Shown: positions 57,397 through 64,000 of the stretch, piece after piece
How positions within the stretch are numbered: the first letter of the stretch is position 1
Layout of the letters: each line of letters begins with the position of its first letter
Source of the DNA: an uncultured virus (IMG/VR IMGVR_UViG_3300024505_000864)
Lineage: Duplodnaviria; Heunggongvirae; Uroviricota; Caudoviricetes
DNA length: 64,000 bases
IMG/VR virus record: IMGVR_UViG_3300024505_000864
Direction: 5' to 3' (one strand)
Program-made: the position numbers and the translations under genes
Notes under the pieces: generated by a model
What the model was told of the DNA's origin: nothing
Seen by the model: the letters and a program-made list of their open reading frames with translations, nothing else
Databases searched by the model: none

Positions 57397-57605
57397 CAGG
57401 CATCCTCCAAACGAATGTACTTTTCAAATAATCCTCTCATATCATAAAAATACGATCGTGCCCTATCAAGAACAGCAGTATCATAATCTTCTTGTGTGGG
57501 TTCCTCTTCCATTTCCATATCCTTCCAAACTTCCAAGAAATCTTCAACAGACATATGGTATTCCAGAGGAATGTATGCGATTTTGGGAATGATTGAGTTA
57601 GTCAT
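57396..57605 (-). CDS. Acidic hypothetical protein
   Basis: First ORF behind the early promoter. Confidence 0.6.
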   Translation of the reverse strand: MTNSIIPKIAYIPLEYHMSVEDFLEVWKDMEMEEEPTQEDYDTAVLDRARSYFYDMRGLFEKYIRLEDA

Positions 57606-57627
57606 CGGTTTGGTTGCTTATGAGAGT

Positions 57628-57684
57628 ATTATACCACCAAAAAGGGCACCTGCGAAGTGCCCTTGTTCCAGTTTAGAAAGTGTC
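57628..57684 (-). promoter_or_regulatory. Early-type promoter with upstream hairpin
   Basis: AAGGGCAC-TTCGCAG-GTGCCCTT hairpin followed by extended -10 TGGTATAAT. Confidence 0.6.
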
Positions 57685-57783
57685 TTTTATATTTTTACCT
57701 ATTATCAGTTTGTTCTCTGTATCTCTGTAAATCTCTAAACAATCCATTCACACCAATAAAGATTAGATACAATCCCAAAAAGG

Positions 57784-57891
57784 TCATACAGAAGTCCTCA
57801 CGGAATCTAAGAGGTTTTGTTTAAGCCAGTCATCAAGGACATCGAACCAACCTCTCTGTGAAATGGGCGGTGAAAGAGTAGAAGAAGTCAT
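57784..57891 (-). pseudogene. psbD: Truncated psbD 5' relic
   Basis: MTSSTLSPPISQRGWFDVLDDWLK, then unrelated QNLLDSVRTSV*; GGAGG RBS and psbD-like promoter. Confidence 0.85.
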
Positions 57892-57917
57892 AGCCTCCTT
57901 TGTTATTTCTCATATTT

Positions 57918-57946
57918 ATCTTAACATTCCTTAACAAAGAAGTCAA
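57918..57946 (-). promoter_or_regulatory. Promoter of the psbD relic
   Basis: TTGACT-N17-TAAGAT, homologous to the region upstream of intact psbD. Confidence 0.6.
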
Positions 57947-58065
57947 CCCCAATAGATGACTCCAAGAGTGAAGAAAAGGAATATAAGAATAGTGAAACCC
58001 ATCATACCTACACCTGCCCAGATAATCCAGGGTTCCATAGGATGATGCTGATTATTATGAGACAT
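57943..58065 (-). CDS. 40-aa single-helix membrane peptide
   Basis: MSHNNQHHPMEPWIIWAGVGMMGFTILIFLFFTLGVIYWG. Confidence 0.6.
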   Translation of the reverse strand: MSHNNQHHPMEPWIIWAGVGMMGFTILIFLFFTLGVIYWG

Positions 58066-58762
58066 TTTCTATAAATGAAATTACTTCTTGAACTGGTAAA
58101 GTATCTATAAAATGTTCAGTCATTCCACGACCCATACTCATTTCAGTTAATGGTGCTTTATATTGAGAAAACTCTTTTAAAACTTTCTTTTCTAAGTTCC
58201 ATATGTCTATGGATTTTCCAGACCATTCTCCAATAAGTTCTGCCGTTTCTTTTTTGCGATACAACCAACCTTTATAAGACCTACCAACTTTATACTTACC
58301 ATTATGGAGTTTTATAAAATAAAGTTTATCTGGTCTTTCTGGTTCTTTACAAATCCATCCAACTGATTGTGGAAAAGGTTTTCCCTTTCTAGAACTTGGT
58401 TTTCCAATATTTGCCTTTTTAGTTGCTTCTATTGCTTTCTGAGAGCAAGACTTTCCATAATTTGGATTATTTTCACCAATATAACTTCTTCTTTTACTTA
58501 GAACTCTTTCGGCAAAATCTGGTGCTTGTGCTGGGTTCCCATAGTCATTACGAATACGAAGTTTTATATTATTTTCAGTTAGACATTTTCTTATCCACAC
58601 TAACCCACATCCAAGAATATTTTTAATCTCTTTCATAGTTTTACCTTCTTGATAAAGAGATATTATTTTTTCTGGCGGAAAATTTTCTATAAGTTTTTGA
58701 GTTCTTTCTTCATTCAATTTAGAAAGAGCATCCATACATTTTTTACTTGTTCCTCTTCCCAT
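58055..58762 (-). CDS. Putative free-standing homing endonuclease (HTH/NUMOD N-terminus, GIY-YIG-like C-terminus)
   Basis: GENNPNYGK NUMOD-like motif; LYFIKL..GKYKVGRS...LEKKV...GMTEHF; TATAAATA upstream. Confidence 0.65.
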   Translation of the reverse strand: MGRGTSKKCMDALSKLNEERTQKLIENFPPEKIISLYQEGKTMKEIKNILGCGLVWIRKCLTENNIKLRIRNDYGNPAQAPDFAERVLSKRRSYIGENNPNYGKSCSQKAIEATKKANIGKPSSRKGKPFPQSVGWICKEPERPDKLYFIKLHNGKYKVGRSYKGWLYRKKETAELIGEWSGKSIDIWNLEKKVLKEFSQYKAPLTEMSMGRGMTEHFIDTLPVQEVISFIENVS

Positions 58763-58800
58763 TTACAATAACCTCTATACCAAACTCATTACTATTTATA

Positions 58801-58824
58801 AAAAAAGAGACCTTTGCAGGTCTC
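58801..58824 (-). terminator. psbA terminator
   Basis: GAGACCT-GCAA-AGGTCTCTTTTTT. Confidence 0.8.
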
Positions 58825-58852
58825 TTAATTATACCACTATTTGGTTTTTATA

Positions 58853-58940
58853 TCAACCAATTGAAGGTGCTTTGAGTGCGACTTCAATAGATGAAGAAGC
58901 AGCAAGGTCAAGTGGGAAGTTGTGGGCATTCCTTTCATGC
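58853..58940 (-). CDS. psbA: Photosystem II D1 protein, exon 2
   Basis: (AT|)G CAT GAA AGG AAT... = [29 protein letters not shown]. Confidence 0.95.
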
Positions 58941-59194
58941 CGTTGTTGTTATCGTAAAGGCTCTTTATCCTTTACTTCTCTATGTCGCCATAGAGTCCAG
59001 ACTATCTCTTCATCCGTTCTGGATGCTGGGCATTCGTGGGTAGATTATTGTTGGGACTCACTACCTAGTCGTTAGACCTGCCGAAGAACTTAAACCCTCT
59101 TCGGATTGGTACGGGATTGTCTACTTGAGAGTTTCCCCGTTTAACCCAGTTTCGTCAAGGAATATTCCTATTCCAGGGTGACTACATTTAGGAA
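58941..59194 (-). mobile_element. Self-splicing group I intron (254 nt, no ORF) in psbA
   Basis: Exon ends in U and intron ends in G; P1 GUGAU/GUCAC with U-G pair; P10 AUGU/GCAU; P7 GACUA/UAGUC; S-like AAGAGAUAGUC; removal restores a 360-aa D1. Confidence 0.93.
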
Positions 59195-60189
59195 ATCACT
59201 TCCATTCCAAGTCCAGCACGGTTGAGGACATCAGCCCAAGTGTTAATCACTTTACCTTGACTATCAACGATTGACTGATTGAAATTAAAGCCATTCAAAT
59301 TGAAAGCCATAGTGCTTACACCCAGAGCGGTAAACCAGATGCCGACCACAGGCCAGCTGGCGAGGAAGAAGTGAAGTGAACGAGAGTTGTTGAACGAAGC
59401 ATATTGGAAGATAAGACGACCAAAGTAACCATGAGCAGCAACGATGTTATAAGTCTCTTCTTCTTGACCAAACTTGTAACCATAGTTCTGTGACTCGTTC
59501 TCAGTGGTTTCACGAACCAGTGAGGAAGTAACCAGAGAACCGTGCATAGCACTGAACAGAGAACCACCGAAGACACCAGCAACTCCAAGCATGTGGAAGG
59601 GGTGCATCAGGATGTTGTGCTCTGCTTGGAACACAAGCATGTAGTTGAAAGTACCAGAGATACCCAGAGGCATCGCATCAGAGAAAGAACCTTGACCGAA
59701 AGGATAGACCAGGAACACTGCAGAAGCAGCAGCAACAGGTGCAGAGTAAGCAACACAGATCCAAGGACGCATACCTAGACGGTAAGAAAGTTCCCATTCA
59801 CGACCCATGTAAGCATAGATACCGATGAGGAAGTGGAAGACAACGAGTTGGAAAGGACCACCGTTGTAAAGCCACTCATCTAGGGAAGCAGCTTCCCAGA
59901 TGGGGTAAAAGTGCAGTCCAATTGCGTTGGAAGATGGAATTACAGCACCTGAAATGATGTTGTTTCCGTACATGAGTGAACCAGCAACGGGTTCACGGAT
60001 TCCATCAATGTCCACTGGGGGAGCACCGATGAATGCGATGATGAAGCAAGTGGTTGCAGCAAGCAGGCAAGGAATCATGAGAACTCCAAACCAACCGACA
60101 TAAAGACGGTTATCGGTTGATGTAACCCAATTGCAGAATTGTTGCCAAATATTCGATTGTGATTGTTGACGTGAAATTGTAGCAGTCAT
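59195..60189 (-). CDS. psbA: Photosystem II D1 protein, exon 1 (Glu130 form)
   Basis: [14 protein letters not shown]...[11 protein letters not shown]...RAGLGMEV. Confidence 0.98.
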
Positions 60190-60204
60190 TGTTTTAAGAA
60201 AGTT

Positions 60205-60312
60205 AAGTAGTCCATCAGGGAAATGGTGGAGTTACTTATTTCTCTATCACCCTCAGATAGAGACATGAGAGACGTAATTTATACACCCATAGGTCTCGGT
60301 TAACGGGTGTTA
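60205..60312 (-). ncRNA. PhotoRC-II-like structured psbA leader
   Basis: ACACCC/GGGUGU stem, GAGAC/GUCUC pairing, UCUCUAUC/GAUAGAGA stem with GAGGG loop, CCAUUUCCCUGAUGG; directly 5' of phage psbA. Confidence 0.7.
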
Positions 60313-60355
60313 AAAAATGTTTCAAATTGTGAGGAATTCGAAACATTTGCTTACC

Positions 60356-60389
60356 TATTTATAGTAGCACTGGGTCCAGTCTCTGTCAA
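60356..60389 (-). promoter_or_regulatory. Overlapping sigma70 and T4 late promoters for psbA
   Basis: TTGACA-N17-TACTAT overlapping TATAAATA. Confidence 0.8.
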
Positions 60390-60426
60390 GAGGTCCAATT
60401 GCTCAGATAACCCAATGGCAATTAAA

Positions 60427-61230
60427 TTATATTGCCCACTTATTTGTTATGTATTGTTCTATGGATAAAACTTCTGATGTATTCAAAGCTCTTGTCCAAA
60501 TCAAACATTCGGCAATGTCACCAATAAAAAATCCAGTGCTTCCATCAATATCGCATCCACCATAAAATGTAGATGCCGAAGCACTAGTTGCAGCATTAAC
60601 AGTGCCAGTGAATGTTAGTGCAACATCAATACCATCTAAACGTGCTTTAAATCTATTTGCATTGCCAGTTTGACTACCATCAAATACAAAAGTTATATGA
60701 TGAAAATTAGTATCAACAGTTTGAGAATCTATAGTAAATGTAGCACCTGAATGTCCACCAACATACTGAGTTCCATTTTGTCCAAACTGGAAACCAGAAG
60801 TATTCGTTGTTGTAATAATTCTTCTACCAGCAGCAGTGCTTAGACTTCTATAAACCAAAACCAATGTAGTTGCAGACAAACTTTGCAAATATGCAATAGG
60901 GTTAATTGAAAGTATTTCGTTATTATCAGCATCTTCTCCTGTTGGAGTTGCACCAGTATTGTTAAAACGAACTACACCATAACCATTCTGTATATTATTG
61001 AACCATTCTGGTCTTCTACCTCCAGTTGAGTTCCAATCGTGTGAACCTAAACCTCCAGCATTATGCCAAGATGATACTTCAGTTCCAGATGCAATTATGC
61101 CAGAGTTAAAAGTTGATGCTAAAGACTGAGATGCATCATACCAAACTTCAAGGTTAGGTAATTGAGAAGCAGATGTAATAACAAGGGGTCTCATTCCAGA
61201 ACGAAAACTTTGAGATGCTAAACCAAACAT
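60427..61230 (-). CDS. LamG/concanavalin A-like domain protein
   Basis: LEVWYDAS, FHHITFVFDG, GDIAECLIWTRAL, YITNKW. Confidence 0.7.
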   Translation of the reverse strand: MFGLASQSFRSGMRPLVITSASQLPNLEVWYDASQSLASTFNSGIIASGTEVSSWHNAGGLGSHDWNSTGGRRPEWFNNIQNGYGVVRFNNTGATPTGEDADNNEILSINPIAYLQSLSATTLVLVYRSLSTAAGRRIITTTNTSGFQFGQNGTQYVGGHSGATFTIDSQTVDTNFHHITFVFDGSQTGNANRFKARLDGIDVALTFTGTVNAATSASASTFYGGCDIDGSTGFFIGDIAECLIWTRALNTSEVLSIEQYITNKWAI

Positions 61231-61234
61231 AGGA

Positions 61235-64000
61235 TTATCCGAAGGTGACTAACTGACCAAAGACATTATATACACTTCCTGTATAGAAAATAGTAAATGC
61301 AATTGCGTCTTTTTTAGATGCATTTCCTGTTGGAACTGAACCACCCTGCCAGTTGATTGTTTGTGCTGAACCACCAATTTGGAGTGCAGTTGGAACATAA
61401 GGAGTTACACCTTGAGTAATCATCAAAGTAACGTTAGTTAAACAGTTTGCACTTAAATTTAGATTTGTAAGATTTGCAGTCCAATTACCATTAACTGTTG
61501 AAGTGATGTAGAAAGTATTTCCAGTAGAACAATCGAGAGCAACTACTGCAGCAGAAGCAATAGTTGTACTGTAAGAATTATAAGTTTCTTCTACTTGCTG
61601 AACTTGTAATCCTGCAGTTGTGAATACATTTCCATTAAATGTTGTGATACCAGTAAATGAATTATTTGATCCAGAAGTTATTCCAGTTCCCGTAATTGTT
61701 ACATTACCAGTATTTTGACTAACTGAAATGCCAGAACCTGCTGTAATGAAGGTTACAATACCAGTTAAATTGGAACCAGAACCCCTGAAAGAAGATGCAG
61801 TAACGATTCCAGAAGAATTTACTGAAGAAACAGTAATGTTTGGAGATCCTGTAAGATTCTGTGCAACTGTTGCAATACCCGAAGTTGTTGCATATCCAGA
61901 AATTGTAGATACTCCTGCAGTATTGGAATAAGTTGCAATACCAGAAGTTGATGAGTAAGTAGATACTCCTGCAGTATTGGAATAAGTTGCAATACCAGAA
62001 GTTGATGAGTAAGTAGATACTCCTGCAGTATTGGAATAAGTTGCAATACCAGAAGTTGATGAGTAAGTACTTATTCCACTAAAATCAGAATAAGTAGCAA
62101 TACCTGAAGTTTCAACGTAAGTTTGAGGTACAACCGTAATAGTCGATGCGGTTCCAGATGCAGTTGCGGTTATGTTATTTCCAACAAAATTGAGAGAGAA
62201 TACACTCCCTGCAGTACCTACAGTTACACTTTCATCTTTTATTGTTAATCCTACAGAATTTCCACCACCTCCACCGAGAGCAGTGATTGTAACCTTTCCA
62301 GTATTTTGGTCTACAAGAATTCCAGATCCTGCTTCAATATAAGTAACAATACCAGTTAAGTTTGAACCAGAATCACCAGAAGTTATAAATCCTACTAAAG
62401 ATTCAGTAGTTGCATATCCAACTAAAGAATTAGTAACATATCCTTCAGTAGCATAACCACTTAAAGCACCAGAAGTTATAAATCCTACTAAAGATTCAGT
62501 AGTTGCATAACCAGTTAGATCTGGTGGAGTATAATTAAATACACCACTTGTATTATTATACGTAAGTGTGGAAATACCAGGAGAAGATATAGTTACTGAT
62601 AAATCAGTGAGAGCAATTCCTCCTCCACCTCCTCCACCAGTAGCAGTGATTGTTACATTACCTGTCGATTGGTCAATGGAAATTCCAGAACCAGCAGTGA
62701 TATAAGTCACAATACCAGTTAAATTAGAACCAGATGCACCTGAAGTAATAAATCCAACTAAAGAATTAGTGACATAACCTTCAGTTGCATAACCACTTAA
62801 AGCACCAGAAGTAATAAATCCAACACTATTAGTAAGATCTCCAGTATCAGAAGGAATAAATGGTTTATTAATTAGATCATTATAATCTCCAGAGAATGTG
62901 GATAGTCCAGAGATAGCATTAGTAACATAACCTTCAGTTGCATAACCACTTAAAGCACCAGAAGTAATAAATCCAACTAAAGAATTAGTAACATAACCTT
63001 CAGTTGCATAACCACTTAAAGCACCAGAAGTAATAAATCCAACACTATTAGTTAAATCACCTGTATCAGAGGGAATAAACGGTGTATTTGTTAAATCATT
63101 ATAATCTCCAGAGAATGTGGAGAATCCAGAGATAGCATTATTAACATAACCTTCAGTTGCATAACCAACTAAAGAATTAGTGACATAACCTTCAGTTGCA
63201 TAACCACTTAAAGCACTAGAAGTAATAAATCCAACACTATTAGTTAAGTCCCCTGTGTCTGAGGGAATAAATGGTTTATTAATTAGATCATTATAATCTC
63301 CAGAGAATGTAGATAGTCCAGATAAAGCACCTGAAGTAATAAATCCAACACTATTAGTAAGATCTCCAGTATCAGAAGGAATAGATGGAGTATTAGTTAA
63401 ATTATTATAATCTAAGTAATAAGATCCAGGTTGATTATCCAAATAATATGATGTAGTTGCAGTTCCAATAAGGTCCCCATTAAAATTAATGGCAGTAACT
63501 ACTCCTGTAAAATTAGATCCACTTAAATTTGCTTTTTGTGACAAAGCATTAGTTATTGTTGTAGCAAAATTAGCATCATCATTTAATGCTGCTGCCAATT
63601 CATTCAATGTATCCAATGATTCTGGAGCAGAATCTATTAAATTAGTAATTTGTTGGTTTACATAACCTTCAGTTGCATATCCTATTAAATTTGGAGGAGT
63701 GTAATTAAAAACTCCAGTTGAATTATCATAATTAAGTGTAGAAATTCCAGAAGGAGATACCGTTACCGATAAATCAGCAAGTGAGATTCCCCCACCACCA
63801 GAAACAGTTTCAAATACAAAATTACCTAAAGAGTGATCATACTTAAGAAACTTTCCATCATAAACACTTGGATTCGTTGCGATACCAACAATATCATCAA
63901 GATATTTTAAACGTGTTTCTCCTCCACCACCAATTGTAGCAATTTGTTGTTGAATACGATTTATGAATAATCTATAATGCTGTTGAAGTTGATCTAGTGT
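61235..64000 (-). CDS. Tail fibre protein (5' end lies outside the window)
   Basis: Frame stays open to the window end (TLDQLQQHY...GGGGETRLKYLDD...SAPESLDTLNELAAAL); internal repeats. Confidence 0.8.
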   Translation of the reverse strand, partial: TLDQLQQHYRLFINRIQQQIATIGGGGETRLKYLDDIVGIATNPSVYDGKFLKYDHSLGNFVFETVSGGGGISLADLSVTVSPSGISTLNYDNSTGVFNYTPPNLIGYATEGYVNQQITNLIDSAPESLDTLNELAAALNDDANFATTITNALSQKANLSGSNFTGVVTAINFNGDLIGTATTSYYLDNQPGSYYLDYNNLTNTPSIPSDTGDLTNSVGFITSGALSGLSTFSGDYNDLINKPFIPSDTGDLTNSVGFITSSALSGYATEGYVTNSLVGYATEGYVNNAISGFSTFSGDYNDLTNTPFIPSDTGDLTNSVGFITSGALSGYATEGYVTNSLVGFITSGALSGYATEGYVTNAISGLSTFSGDYNDLINKPFIPSDTGDLTNSVGFITSGALSGYATEGYVTNSLVGFITSGASGSNLTGIVTYITAGSGISIDQSTGNVTITATGGGGGGGIALTDLSVTISSPGISTLTYNNTSGVFNYTPPDLTGYATTESLVGFITSGALSGYATEGYVTNSLVGYATTESLVGFITSGDSGSNLTGIVTYIEAGSGILVDQNTGKVTITALGGGGGNSVGLTIKDESVTVGTAGSVFSLNFVGNNITATASGTASTITVVPQTYVETSGIATYSDFSGISTYSSTSGIATYSNTAGVSTYSSTSGIATYSNTAGVSTYSSTSGIATYSNTAGVSTISGYATTSGIATVAQNLTGSPNITVSSVNSSGIVTASSFRGSGSNLTGIVTFITAGSGISVSQNTGNVTITGTGITSGSNNSFTGITTFNGNVFTTAGLQVQQVEETYNSYSTTIASAAVVALDCSTGNTFYITSTVNGNWTANLTNLNLSANCLTNVTLMITQGVTPYVPTALQIGGSAQTINWQGGSVPTGNASKKDAIAFTIFYTGSVYNVFGQLVTFG
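61905..62069. repeat. 54-nt perfect coding tandem repeat x3
   Basis: GTAGATACTCCTGCAGTATTGGAATAAGTTGCAATACCAGAAGTTGATGAGTAA units. Confidence 0.95.
62340..63400. repeat. Dispersed coding repeat modules in the fibre gene
   Basis: Recurrent GYATEGYVTNSLVG, FITSGALS and FSGDYNDL.N.PFIPSDTGDLTNSVG blocks with near-identical DNA. Confidence 0.85.

Noticed and set aside
59188..60189. psbA as a truncated pseudogene (ORF track ends at MEVIS*)
   Set aside because: The missing C-terminus is present after a well-formed group I intron
789..61931. Many short plus-strand and alternate-frame ORFs in the ORF track
   Set aside because: They are antisense or frame shadows of long minus-strand genes, with no RBS or recognisable motifs
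1..64000. tRNA or rRNA genes
   Set aside because: No cloverleaf/T-loop signature recognised by eye in intergenic gaps; tRNAscan-SE would be needed to exclude them fully

Overview
AT-rich segment of a T4-like cyanophage (cyanomyovirus) genome, read almost entirely on the minus strand. From left to right it contains: (1) a ~28 kb tail-fibre/structural block, including a collagen-like Gly-rich gene flanked by three 2OG-Fe(II) oxygenases and a small sigma70-driven island with a candidate sRNA; (2) the baseplate/tail module (gp5, hub, M23 peptidase and lysozyme proteins, gp51, gp26, gp54-like, gp4, gp2, gp48, split gp53) with cp12 embedded; (3) replication/late genes (gp32, gp59, gp33, exonuclease, phoH, thyX); (4) a tandem glutamine-riboswitch-like locus in which one aptamer carries a whole 68-aa ORF inside its P2 loop, upstream of a YRG/DUF4278 peptide (top finding); (5) auxiliary metabolic genes (glutaredoxin, gnd, talC); (6) a photosynthesis island with psbD, a psbD 5' relic, psbA split by a 254-nt group I intron, a PhotoRC-II-like leader and three free-standing putative homing endonucleases; and (7) another fibre gene cut by the window end. 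All calls come from reading motifs by eye; no database search was run.
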